64,000 nt of DNA from Yuukianura sp. NJ FZ-2021 (taxonomy: Eukaryota): positions 11,098,001-11,162,000 of the forward strand of contig CM102290.1 in NCBI GenBank assembly GCA_046563655.1, in the 5' to 3' direction. The translations under genes and the position numbers were made by a program. This document shows, one piece after another, positions 10,589 through 23,412 of the stretch (positions within the stretch are counted from its first letter, which is position 1; every line of letters starts with the position of its first letter). The notes beneath the pieces are model-generated. The model was not told where the DNA came from. It was given only the letters and a program-made list of their open reading frames with translations, and did not search any database.

Positions 10589-13500
10589 CTAGTCTAGATC
10601 AATCCTGCCGCCAATGTTCAATACCGGAAATTGGTTCACAAGTTTCAGCCATTCAGCATCAAATGATGGAGGGAATGCAATCCTTCCATCACCAGCTTTT
10701 CTTCTATCTTCTGCATCACTTGTCATGTGCAACAGCATTGCATCTGTAAAAAAAAACGTAACACAAGATTATCACAAACCACAATTGCCTAAACGCTTTT
10801 TGTTTTTGTAAGTTTGTTACCCATGTCTGGCCGGAGGGGAAAATATTTACGGAATCTACGATACCAACCCACAACGCTCCAAAAGTATGTAGACACGTCA
10901 GCACTGAAGCTGTTGCCAAGATTGTCCGAGTGCTTGTAAAGTGTATAGATAAACTCGAAGGCTCGAACCAGAATGTCTGTGTAGATGTTCTTTGCGTTAA
11001 GTCTTTTTCCGATATTCTGTTTCAACAATGACTCAAACTCTGCATCACGATACTTCTCTTCTAAAATCACAAGTAAAATTTTTTTTGCAGATTTCAAATA
11101 AATCTTGAAAGAGAGGAGCAAACTTTCTTATGGTCTGTTGTGAACTTACTCCAAAGTTCAAACGTTTTCATTAGCATCAGAAGCAAATTTGTAACGGCTG
11201 CTACGTGACAAGGACATTTCTTGATCTCCCTCTCCTTGAAAATGTTCAGCGGTGATTGTGGTAGCGTTGCTGCCATGGAAGAATCCATCGAATTTAATGC
11301 CATGTCAAGACTGTCGTCGCTTAGCTTCCGCTTTTTCCTGGTTTTTTTCGGTATTAGGTTGGATTCCGTTGGGCAAGTGCCAAGTCTGTCCATAAGATCC
11401 AAGTAACGATCGAATAATAGGATACAAGGGTTCGCCTGGAATTCGTCATTAATTCGATTGGACAGTTCCAATAGAAAGCAATTTGCTACAAGATTAAAAA
11501 AGAAAACAATGTTCTATTATTCACTGCTTTAAGCTAATTATTACAACTATGTTTTGAGACTCTTGGCAAATAACAAATAAACTTACGTAAAACGATTTCG
11601 AAAGCAGCGATGCTGACTTTACAGAAAAATGGAACAATGTGAGTACGCTGGAGGGAATTTAAAATATCCAATACGAGCTGAGCGTTGAGAAGACTGTGGT
11701 GTGTTGGATTTTTGATGCAGTCTTGAATCGTCAGAAACAATCGACGGTAACTGAAATAATAATCAACTTAGAATTAGTTAATCTGGTTATAATGCGATTA
11801 CTTAAGAAACTGTAGCGATTTGGAAGACTGTGCAATTACTTTTCCTTTTCGGATTCAAAGTATCCTGATTGTATGATGTGTAGAATGATTTGTAGAAAGA
11901 TTGAACGCAACTCTCGGCAGAATGCCTAAAAATTAATAAATTGCAGATTGGTTTTCGATTAACTTCAGATTAGATCAAAAGTTGTAGCTAACTCAATAAG
12001 TTAATTGTGAGCTTACAATTAAGCTTCTAGAAGGCCTCCAAACAACCAAGATGATGAGTTCCGTCCATCCGAAAAGTTCGGTATCCCAATCTCTAGGTAA
12101 CTTTGGGCGCTCGTCGGATTCTACCGTTGACACAACACTCCACAAATTCTTGGCCCATACCAGTAAAGTCATAAATACTTGGAATCGATTAGGCTTGAAT
12201 AGATCCCTCCCTTCGATAATAAATCGTAGCTCATTTTTGACAAAGTAAAGAGCATTCCATATCCCAGGTCCCTCTTGGTACAATCCATCCAAGATCTCTG
12301 AAACGATCTCCAGCGGTTGGCCATCCTTGATGTACTTGTAGCAATTTCGATTCGTTAGCAATCTAGACTTCAGTTTGTACTCTTTGAAGAATGTCAGTGG
12401 TTTGCGATCAGTTTTGTTCGAAACTAGTTCTACTGTTTGAGTCTTTTGTGTGTGCTGAGTTCCAGCTGCAATTACGTCGAATTCAGCGACAGCAGGAGCT
12501 ACCTGAGTTGGTACAAGTTGTGCTTCTATGTCATACTCATCTTCTGAAGTATCACTATCCCTTGAGTGTTCGTGTTGTGACCCTGCCGTCAGTGGTTGTT
12601 GTTCACTGGCATCCACGTAATCATCGTCACTGCCAGTATCCATAATTTGTTCAGAATCGGCCCAATTCTCGCTATTGTTCTCGACTTCGGCTGAGAGAGG
12701 AGGGTATTGTAGAGTGTACCTTTTGCTGCTGTCGTAGATTTCTTCCATTCGTTTGAAGTATTGCGACTGCATGTCCTTGTCTTGATATTGGTCCACTTCT
12801 TGTTCACTGAGCCACTGAAGCATAAGAGATGTAGCATCGAAGGCTTCAAATCCAAGGCCAAACCGAGTTTTCCGAGGTGACAATCTTCGCCTAAATTCTG
12901 ATGGAAACTGGCGCAGTGTTTTCTCAATCATTGGTTTGAGCATTTGTATCTCAACTCTAATTAGGCGCCTGACTGAGATTTTGATTTCGTCATATGCATT
13001 GGCAGAGTACAAAAATTTTGCTGGGTCTTCAAGTTCGTCTTCGTCTTCATCACACGCTGATGATGCTTGAGGTGAGGGTTCCAGAATGGGGTCTGGAACG
13101 AGAAGTGCATCAGTTTGTATTTCTTTAGATTCAGTCTCAACTTTGGGAGATGCAGCTTTTGCTTGTGAAAACACTTCACTTGCATAAAACGATGTTCTGA
13201 AATCAACAAAAAGAATACAAACGTCAAATACCAAAAAATAATAAGTTGTAGTATATTTAGAAGGAGATGTTACCGATTGAGAGCCGAGTACTTATCATAT
13301 CTGGACGTGTTCTGGAAGTAGTGGCTTTTCTGTGCAGTTTGACTACATTGAGCTTGCGAGGAGATGCCAAAAGCTGTTGCTCCCGTTAAGGTTGTTCCAA
13401 TTGTGGGATTGCTTGCCGTTTTCTTTAAACTTTCTCGTCGTTTTAACTGCTGATTGGATTCTTCCAAGGTCGTAACCTCCACGCGAGACACGTTAAGCTG

Positions 13501-14038
13501 AGATTTAAGCGATTCAATTTGGTTTTGTAACTTCTTGCGTTCCTCCGTCTCCTTCTGCTTAACGTCTTGTATGCTCTGGATTCTAAATCATGAAAACAAC
13601 ACGATTTGAGATTAAGGGAGTATTTACCACAAGGGAAAATGAACGTAAACCTAAAACTCAATACCAAATATGTGTCAGTTCTTACTTGTCGAAGATTTGC
13701 TGCTGCTTATTTGAATTATGCTGCTGTAATCGTCGTCGCAGTGTACCGGCCTCGCCTTGCAAGCTGTAGTTCTTCTCTTTTAACTCCGAGTTCAGCTTAA
13801 CTGTCTCCTCCAGCTTTCGTTCCAGCATTTCAACTTTGTCTCGTAGTTCAGACGTATTATGTAGATGAGCCGTAACTGGATCCAGTACTTCCCCTTCACT
13901 GGACATGGGAAGGTCATTTTTGGAATCGACCAGTGTCCACGAACTTCCGCATTCGTTTTGGCTGTAAAAATCCGACTCCTGGATTTGATAAAAGATGCTG
14001 TCGTCATCCTCGTTTCCCCAATCGTTGTCGTCATCCAT
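10589..14038 (-). CDS. ATRIP: ATR-interacting protein-like (ATRIP/mus304-like), multi-exon
   Basis: Acidic N-terminus (MDDDNDWGNEDDDSIFYQIQESDFYSQ), then a coiled coil EKNYSLQGEAGTLRRRL...KKLQNQIESLKSQLNVSRVEV that resembles, from memory, the ATRIP 'NGEIKILRDSL...KKLQSLQSELQFKDAEM' pattern; helical C-terminal exons; stop TAG 10591-10589. The gene itself is well supported; its identity is an inference. Confidence 0.6.
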
Positions 14039-14768
14039 GACGACAAACAAATGTGAATCAGTCAGTTAATGTCAAAGTAATCGATTAAACTGAATTAACC
14101 AACTCAATTGTAGGCGTTAAAACTTCTAAGAACTTTCAATTAATAGACTTTCTTTCACACAAAACGGTTGTTCCACCTTGTCATATACCGTTCCCTCAAT
14201 TTTTCTTTCAAAAACCAAAACAAAGCGGTCGCACAAAAAGTCACCAATTCCATACTGACCCCCACCGCTACATTTGGGCATTCAAATGAGGAATTACACT
14301 GCGATTTCTCTAAATATCGATTTAGCTAAACTTTACGTTAATCTGATAGTTGAGCCACGCCTAACAGATTAATTACCTCACGTCATTTGCTGCTGTTCAC
14401 TTTTTACTTTAGTATGAAAAATAATTCATATTTCCACTATAATATGCAATTAACAGTTAAAAAACAACCTCGTCAAAAAGTAGCGCAATATTTTCGTTAA
14501 CTGCAATTTTACGATACTGTACGGAATTGCAAAATTGCGATAAGTTGCATGTTCAATGAAATGCGCTGAACAAAGTTAACAATTTGCTACATCACTTGAT
14601 AAGTACTGAGCAAAATAATTTGACCCAATTTGACGAACCAACGATTACTATTGATGGATCGCTATTGAAGTTGTAATTGAAATAGTGAGCATGACTACTG
14701 ACTTGACGTAGAGTGTTCCGGTATTGCGTCGCTGAAAAACTTGAGGTAGATTTTAGTGCCTGTCTTAG

Positions 14769-17700
14769 TCAATTAAAAATTCGATTATTCTCCTGTACAC
14801 ACTGACAACCACATCCAGTAGGACACATTTGACGAGTCGGTGTGAACCATTTCGACATGTGAGCTGTATGACCGCCGTGGCCGCAGGCAATGCAGAATGT
14901 ACAAAGACCTGTAATGCAGAAAAAAATTAAACATAATGATAAGAAACTATTGGTAATTGATAGTGTTCGTCACCTCTAGCCGGCATTTGACAAATGGAAC
15001 ATGTTGAAGTGATTCGTTTACATGTGGAACAATGGTATCCCCTCACGAGTGTCTTACATGTCTGACAAGCTGTCATGTAGTCAACTCCGGATGGTAGAAG
15101 GTGATGTGTTTCTTCACTCCGTTCGGTCAAGCATTTCAGAACCTGCGTTAAGCTCAACACTATTACTGAAATAACGTTACATACAACTAATTAAGATATT
15201 TAATAGATAACTCACCTCCGCTCTTTGCTGAAGTAGTCCCCAGCGGTATAAAATCTCAGCATACGACTTCTTATATCCATCATACGTTCCTGAAACCAAA
15301 TTCATATTGAATCACCGTATTGACATAAATCCAACTCTTACAACGCAACAGACAAAAGAAATCATTAAGTTAAATATGAAAACGAACTGCTCATTGCCGG
15401 ATCCAGCATGACTCCACGCAACGGTAGCTTTCCAGCAGTTGTACTTTCTTTGGCAAAGTAGCCTCCTTGGACTTCCGTTTCTTCTGCTGGACCGTCATAG
15501 CCACCTCGCGTATTGCTTAGTGCAAGTTTAAGTCCATCGTCCAGAGAGTCTGACCAGGAATTGGAACGGTGTTGTCTAAACAGATTGTCCGAAAGAGGAT
15601 TTATTGCCACTGCGTGCATGGTGTCAGAACCATGAACAGTATGATATGGAGATCCAACTCCCTGCAAATACAAAACAGTTCAATTATTATCCCTTTCTAA
15701 ATTAACCATAAACCCAAATAGAGAAAAAAATCAAACTAAATAAAATTGTTGAGACCAACGGAACTGAAAGACGAAATTGGAGAATTAGAAAATATGAAAT
15801 TAGGAAATTACTACGCTCTGAACTGAACCCCTAAAAGTTGACAGCAGTCTCGATGTTTTAGAAACTTAAGCAAATGAAATTGTCCAATGTTAAGCATAAG
15901 CATACCAAAAATCAAAAAGCAATTCCCTAAAGTGCTACTACTCCTTCGCCATAAGCAGTGAAAATTAAGCTTAAACTAAAAACAACGTTCACTGACTGGA
16001 CAAAAATACACAAGAACGGAGGTGGACAGTAAAGAAGTAGCGAGGCACTGTGTGGCATAAAGCATGTGTCGCTCGCTCATGCAAATACACTAATAGCGTG
16101 ATTCTCGTTTGTTGAAAATTCTAACCTTGGTCCACCACTTAGGAACGACAAGTCGCTGTCGGGAAAAACAAGTTGGAGAAGACAATTATCAATTAAGTTT
16201 CCACCACACTTAAGTAAATAACCAGCACCAAACAGTAGCCCTGCTCAAAACTAGTGACATTATCATTCCTTCTCTAATAAAACTGTTTGGTGTAATAGTG
16301 CTCACACATCAGCTGACTTCCAAAAGTACAAAGAAATCACTCACTCGGCCCCCACGACTCACCGGTCTTGGTTGCGGTGGTCCACCAACAGATATGCTCC
16401 ACGGTTGGGATTGAGTATGTGCTGAGCGACTCAAACTCTGCCAACTGCTCACTTCTTGAGTAGGACTAGTAGGAGTGGGACGTACTGGCTGAGCTTGCGG
16501 ATGTCCATGACGACACAGACCAGCAGCCTCATCAGCAGCAGAAACTGTGAATTGTGCAGCAATAGCCGCGGCTGTTTGAACGTCTCCATACTTGGCAAAG
16601 TGGGTTATCCTGGAAAACGGAGATGATAGTTTTTAGGCCTCGAATGACTTAAGTGTAACCTTACAAGCTTTTAATTGTCGTTAACTTACATGTCATTGAT
16701 AAGTTCGCTGCCCAAGGGATGATAGAAGAACCAATTGAGGGTTTCGTCATCCGGTGAAGTGGTCTCTGTGCTGTCACCACAAGTTTCAACTACCTTTCCA
16801 TCTTCCACGATTTGCGTATTGACAGTTTTTGTTAAAGTTGCTGGAGAATGATTGTAACTACAGGTAAAGTCAGAAATGACACCGCAGACGGACCACGTTT
16901 GCGACACACCAAGTTTCCCTTTTTGTTTGGCGATTTGAGCATTGGCTTCACAGATAGTTTTCCTGGAGCCAAGGCTTGACACATGCTTGTATTCACTTGC
17001 CAGCTCTTTTGTGAGGGGTAGAAGCGGCGTTACGTCAAACAGAGTGACAAGTCCTGCTCTCTTCTTTTCAACTTTTTTGCGACGTGACTTGTGCTGAAAA
17101 GAGGCCAAAGAAAGTTTTTTAGCATCCAGCAACTAACAAGAAGTTGAATGTGTTTGGTAGCTTACAGGAGTCGACATCAAACTTTCTTCAGTCAGTTGCA
17201 TAAGGTATGCACCGAGTGCAGATAAAGAACGTGGAGTTCCAGCATCACAGTTTGATTTTACCCGTTTTAGGTATGCCGGCCGTCCAAAACAGACCAACAC
17301 TCCTGCAAAGGTGTAATATAGCACGCTGTAAAGGAATCCTAGGATTCTTAGTTAGTTAGTTAGGATAGTTAGATTCTGTTTTTATTACTGACTGTAAAAA
17401 TGAGCTTACCGACAGAACAAAACCTAGCACCGGAAGTACGCGGGAACGGAACATTGGAAGCACCATGTGACGGAAACAAGTAGGAGTTTGCTGTCTCCTG
17501 TATTGGCTACAAAAGAACAACAATTCCATCTTAAACATTTCCATTTTCATGATGTCAACTAGAAAACTTTAAGCAAACTTACCTTGACTTGACTCATGAA
17601 GTCAGCAAATGAATTCAGACAGCTACTCAGACATGGTTCATTCTTTCTTACACAGTTTTGCGCTACGTGTTTCAATGTCTAAAATGAATTGATATTCAAA

Positions 17701-20170
17701 TGATTTTAGTCAAATCGAAACGTAACATAATAAGGTATGCATGATTTAAGAAAGGCAGTGCTAATACCTTGACCAATTTTGTTTTGTCCACATCATGTCC
17801 ACCACTAGTGACAACAAAAGTAGGAAGTGACGATGGATAGTTGATTGGAAATGAAGCGAGAATGACAACCGAAAGAGCACGATTCTTTGGATCAGGCTTC
17901 CAACCAAACCTTAGCAAACCCCGCTCAACGTCCACCTGAAACACACAATAACGTTCGTGTATCTTGATCTTAAGCAATTCAGCTGAACATTTATGTTAAT
18001 GCCTATTACCGACAGCATACTTACTTGCTCGAAGTGTATGTGATCAGATGGATTGTCGTGTATACTGTCGAACTCTTCGTTCAGCAGTTCATCACGGCCG
18101 GAAACAGAGGAAGCCGAATTCCTCGCAGTCCTTTCAGCAGAACTCTCTCGCTTTGGTGACGGTTTCCCATTTCTCCGACTGCCGCTAGCTATCGTCAGCG
18201 GATCCGAACTTGGTAACTCCGTTCCTCCTGTAGGAAGAGGAGCATCTTCAGACAATGTTGGTAGAGATGCAGGCTTGGAACTACCCAAATGCACGTCTTC
18301 TCCGCAGAGCTGTTTCAGAAGATTGCATCATCCAATGTAAAAGTAACGAAGTCTGGAATCATATTCTATTCATTTCTAAAATCAAATGCTATGGGTAACC
18401 TTACCTCGATGACTTCCCGTGGAAGTGACCATAATCGAAGTGTCTGATCCCTTGACCAAGTTACGATGTCACAAACACCGGATTTCTTCCAAGCAAATTC
18501 GATGATATCGTGTCCTTGAAACGTGTAAATCGGAGTAGTGAAGTTTTGCCAGTTCCAAAGTGATAGGAGGCCAGAATCTCGTCTTAGAAGTGGTACACAT
18601 TGAGTCACGATCCCTCGACCAAATGGCTAATAAACAAAACAGCCTTCTCAATTGACTATTTCACTAGTTACCTTTTTGTTTGTCTAAGAAATTATGAATT
18701 GCAAGTTTAAATGATGGTGTAACTTACAGTTGGTCGTGCTCTCCATATGGGCGTTGTGAGAGTGAGGCACGGTCCTTTAATTTTCCCTGGATTGGATGCT
18801 GCCAGGCGACTAAACTTGGCAGTGCAGTCTTGAGCCGCGGTTATCACAATGTCCTTTGCTACCCATTCAAGTCCTGTAATTAAGCAGTGATCAGTACCAT
18901 AATGTGATGAAGTAACAAATGTATAAGTAGACCTAGGACAATGTATTTGAACTTTGTTCAAACAGCGACTCAAAAAGCACCTCATTGAGGCTGCATATTG
19001 TAACTTTCACAGTATGGCCTCAAGAGTGGGGGTTTAACATTAAAGAGATTATTTTGTTAAAACCTTCTAGTCACACTCACACTTATTACAGAAGGATAGA
19101 AATTACTTATAGAACGTTTTATAAAAAATGAATTCATTGTTTAGTTACCGTTAATCTTTGATGCATGTGCTGCAATATATTCCGTAGGTGATGTTGGTTT
19201 CCTAATATCCCAGATCTTGACGTGACCTCCATCACATGATGCTAAGCAGTCAATTTTCCATTTGTTCCAAGTCACTTGTGAAGCACCATCCAAAGCTTTC
19301 CAGAAATAACAAACTTCAGATATTAGAATGTCTGGCATCTTGTTTGCTTCCGAGTCGACATGCAACTATACCTGACAGTGAAACTTGAGGCTTCTCACAG
19401 GAAGGATCCCTGGGACATCTGAATATAGTGAGAAAGTTTAAATTAGTTGAATGATAATCTCGAATGTGTTGTTCCTGAAGGATACAACGCACCTTAGGTC
19501 CCAAACGTAGAGAAAAGAATCAAAGGAAGATGTGGCTAACAAATTAGGAGAAATCGTTGACCAATCCAAGTCCGTTATAACTCTGGAATGAGCCTTTAGT
19601 TGGTAGATCCTTTTGAGTTCGGATCCCTCAGTTAGCTCGAAGATATCACATCTCTGACTGCTCTGAATGTTAAAGCAATTAACAATTATATCTCTTTACT
19701 TGATGCCATACTGTTACTGAAGTTGACATAGAACGCTTACGGCTATTCCAAATGTGGAGTTTGAAAGATGCGACCACTGCGTGTTGGTGATTTCGTACTT
19801 TCCGTCATAAGGAATCCGAACTTGAATCTGCCCAATTTCGTTCTTTTCCAAATTCGATATGGCCAAATACTTCCTCCTATAACAAAACAATATTCATTAT
19901 TTCTTTCAAGTAAACATGAAATTATGAAACGATTAGTGCACCTTACCCTGCAAGTAGTGCATAGTATCCGTTCCTGTCAACCGACATTGTCGTCGCCTAA
20001 AACGAAACAGAGTTAACACAATGATTAGTTACCGCAGTACGCTAATCCTTAGTTGCATGTTATATAGTCTATATTATAGAGAATAAACCGTTGTGATTGA
20101 TTAATCCATAACTGATTACCTGCAGCTCACGATATTCAAACGCATAATTCTCACTTCCATATTTACTCAT
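14769..20170 (-). CDS. WDR59: GATOR2 complex subunit WDR59 (WD40 + RWD + C-terminal Zn/RING), multi-exon
   Basis: Start MSKYGSENYAFEYRELQ|ATTMSVD, WD repeats, RWD segment (LLNEEF...FPINYPSSLPTF), signature NVPFPRTSGARFC (~17410-17455), C-terminal CSICQMPARGLCTFCIACGHGGHTAHMSKWF...CPTGCGCQC; stop TGA 14771-14769. Confidence 0.95.
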
Positions 20171-21139
20171 TTTCTTCCAATAAAATGAACGTTCTTCCTT
20201 TTTAACGTGACCCCTGACGCTGAGGCCTGACCTTGTCTTTCTTTTAGTTTTAAGCACAACAGAAACCGCTTGTTCCTGATCTAGCTTAACTTGTCAGTTC
20301 TCATTGCATTGATCTAAGAAGGTGATGATCAGCTTCAGCAGATAAATGCGGATAGATGTACAGCGCTAAACCAATTAATTGTACTTGATTAACTAATTAG
20401 TAACACTGTTATCTCGCTCGTACTGTCGCAAATACAACTATAGTACTGCTCGCATAAAAACAAAACAAAACAGCTGACGAGGTCAAGTCAAGAAACGCAC
20501 AAGAGGTGCGTTTGTGATCTCTCATAGCTGGTCGTGGTCAATTGAGACATTAAATACTTGGTGTACTCCTGCAATAATTGTTTTATTGTTAACATTAAAT
20601 TAATCACGTAACACAATTAAGTTAATTATCACTTATCTTGGTTGACATTTAGTTTAGCGAAAGATTAGTAAATAAACGACAACTACGGTACCCATCACTG
20701 TCACTGCGTGTTCAGTTCCTCACTAGTATCTTTTTCCCTGTCCGAGGACGCTTGAATTTTCGCGGAATTCTTGGATGGTAGCGCATGCGCCTTGGCAATA
20801 GGTATGCAAATACAGTGCCCACTATGCTTGTTTGCCAATTTTTTGCAAGGTCATTGACCTCCGGTTTTCGAGAAGACAAAAACCGAGAAAATGAACAAAG
20901 AAAGCTCATAATCAAAAGAACCGAGGTAGTGGCCGGTCATACAATTTTTTGTGCTTCCTTATTCCTGATTTGGCTAATTCGAAAACTAAAATTCATCTCA
21001 ATAAACTAACAATTTACAGTGTTAAAGATCAACTTGGAATAATCCTGAGCCGGTAATAGATTCGATCATTTAAAACATTAATGTAATTAAAATCCAATTT
21101 GAATGTAACTTTAAGTGAACGTTTTTTTTTAAAGCGACA

Positions 21140-21732
21140 ATGACATCGACTGTGGACATGGGTGCTTGTGGTGACGGCGGAACTAACCTTAAATCTAGGA
21201 AAACGCAGACGAGACTCTCAATGAAGTGGACTGCTGCTGAAGTGGCGACATCTGGAGTCGAGGTTGAACCGGCAAATGAAGATCCAACAAGTATTGCACC
21301 AATTCTGCGCACTCATTTGGATCCTCCATCTCCTTCTGAATTCGTAAGAAGTTACAGTCGTCTTTTTCAGAATGGTTTCTAGCATTAACTTCTAAATGTT
21401 TCTTTTTAATTCGATAGAAGCCCCCTTCGTGTACAACCCGGTTGAGTCACAGAATTAGGAAATTCCTAAATTTGCATTGGACGCCGGATATGCTAGAAGG
21501 AGCGGAGGAAGAAACTGAAAAACGCAGAGAAAAAGAGCGAGCCAAGACACAGAGGCAAAGAGAACGCGCCATCCAACACCACGACGACAAGATTCGGTAC
21601 AATTGCGAAAAGCAGAGGCTACTTCAGCTGGACACGGAAAAGCGACGCAAAGCATCCCGACAAATCGCACGTAGTGGTCGCGTTCGAGTGATCAAAATGA
21701 CGACTCCGACACCCGACAGTCTAATGTGTTAA
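21140..21732 (+). CDS. Two-exon orphan ORF, 172 aa, basic/coiled-coil C-terminal half (exons 21140-21343, 21418-21732)
   Basis: GAATTC|gtaag...gatag|AAGCCC joins two ORF-track frames in phase 0 across a 74-nt intron; AATAAA at 21838-21843. No recognisable domain. Confidence 0.65.
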
Positions 21733-21865
21733 CTCTTACAACGTGATTTAAAAATTGTAAAGTATGAAACCTTCAAACCTTTGCACAACCAGTGAAATCA
21801 AAATGGTGAATTATTCACGCTTCAAAACAAAAGTAAAAATAAAACGTGAATTTAATTATTTTTTA

Positions 21866-23412
21866 TCACTTGCTCTTCTTGGAAATGTCACGATCACTTT
21901 CACTGCTGTCACTATTAGTATCTGTAGAACTTCTGGAGTCGCGTTCTGGACCGGAGATTCCTTTACGGTATGACCGAATTAAAATTTTTGCGATGTACCA
22001 ACTCCAGAAAATGTGTAGACAGAACAAAACAATCAGAAAGTAGATCAGTAGATAGGCGACTGGGAACATTTCAAAGTGATTTTGAACTTCGTAGATGACA
22101 CTGCAACAATTTGTAATTTGAAACTTAGTTAAAACAACACTTTGAATTTCAATTTCAAAACTGACTGTTAAACTGTCACCTGTGTAGAATGTAGAATGGG
22201 AAGTAGGTTAGACGTGTAAGAATCCACAAGAGAACAAAAGTTCCAAACAGTAAGTCACGAGCAGAGTTCTTTTTTGCGTAAATTGCAACTTTAGCAAACT
22301 ACAATTCAGTCAGAATCAAAATTAGAAACTAGGATTTTGAAATGTGTGTATTATAAAGTGTTTGTATGAATTGACTTTTGGTTTCGCGGGTACCTCGAGT
22401 GGAACGTCTGCGCAGTCGTGGAGTAGGAGCACTAGCGTACCAACACGGACGTAGTTTGTGGTCCAACTGAAGGCCATGAGCAGAAGTGTAGTGATGTGGT
22501 GGATGAACATCTCCCAGAAGTCCTTACGCTGGACATCATAGAACTGGGACAGTGCAAAGGACAAGTAGAGACTGGACCCCACGAGGTAATACAGCTGAAT
22601 GTCAGTCGTCAAGTTCTGAAACAGTAGTTAAGTTTACATTTCAATCCAAAAAGTTTTGAAAACTGTTTGGCGGGAACGAAGGTTGACCTTGGAGGTCACG
22701 TGTCAGGGAGCCCTTACATGATATGGATAGTTTTGCCAACATTGAGACACGTCCCATAGCCAAGGCTCGTCCCAAAGTACTGTCAATCCAACTGTCAAAG
22801 TAGTTACGTAGCAGCATCCTCGCCACCTTATGAAAAGGAAATCCAAGTCAATTTTTTCAAAATTTTGAATTTTCCGCGGTTAGAAATTTTGAATAAGTTA
22901 CTTGAGGCGTAGGAACGAGACTTACATCGATTCAGAAAATTTTGTAAGTTTAGTTGCGTGATTGGACGTAGCGTGAATGCGAAACCAACGTTCAACGCCG
23001 CGTTGAGTCATTTCCGAAGCCTCACAGAGTCTGCGCAACTCCGATCCACGACGTGGCAGACGGCCTTTGTTCTCTACAAAGGCTTTTTCTAATTTTGAAT
23101 TTGGCGCGGCAGGTTTTTGAATTCCGCGGACTCCCAGCCTCCGGCCGATTGGCTGGAACAGGCACCTTACATTTCAAAGAAAGATCAGAGTTTTAGATTT
23201 TTGAAAATGTTGATATTTTTTTTTGAAAACGTTTACCTTTCCGCAATTAGTCTCACGAGTAACAAGAAAATGGCACAAGGAATGGGGTACAAGAGGTCAG
23301 TGACCTCCGGGTATCGGATTCCCGCCGAATTCGGATTTTTGAAATCCTCCCAAGTGAATCCCGGCGGAAGCCAGAAACTGACGTTCCAAAACCACTCACT
23401 CACTGCCTCCAT
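21866..23412 (-). CDS. schlank: Ceramide synthase (homeodomain-containing Lag1/TLC family; CerS5/6-schlank type)
   Basis: MEAVSEWFWNVSFWLPPGFTWEDF start, Hox-like segment (EMTQRGVERWFR...KLTKFSES), Lag1 motif RKDFWEMFIHHITTLLLMAFSW...RVGTLVLLLHDCADVPLE, C-terminal RDSRSS acidic tail. Confidence 0.95.

Noticed and set aside
20712..21009. Two short opposing ORFs between WDR59 and the orphan gene
   Set aside because: No supporting splice structure or family likeness; the region looks like a divergent promoter.
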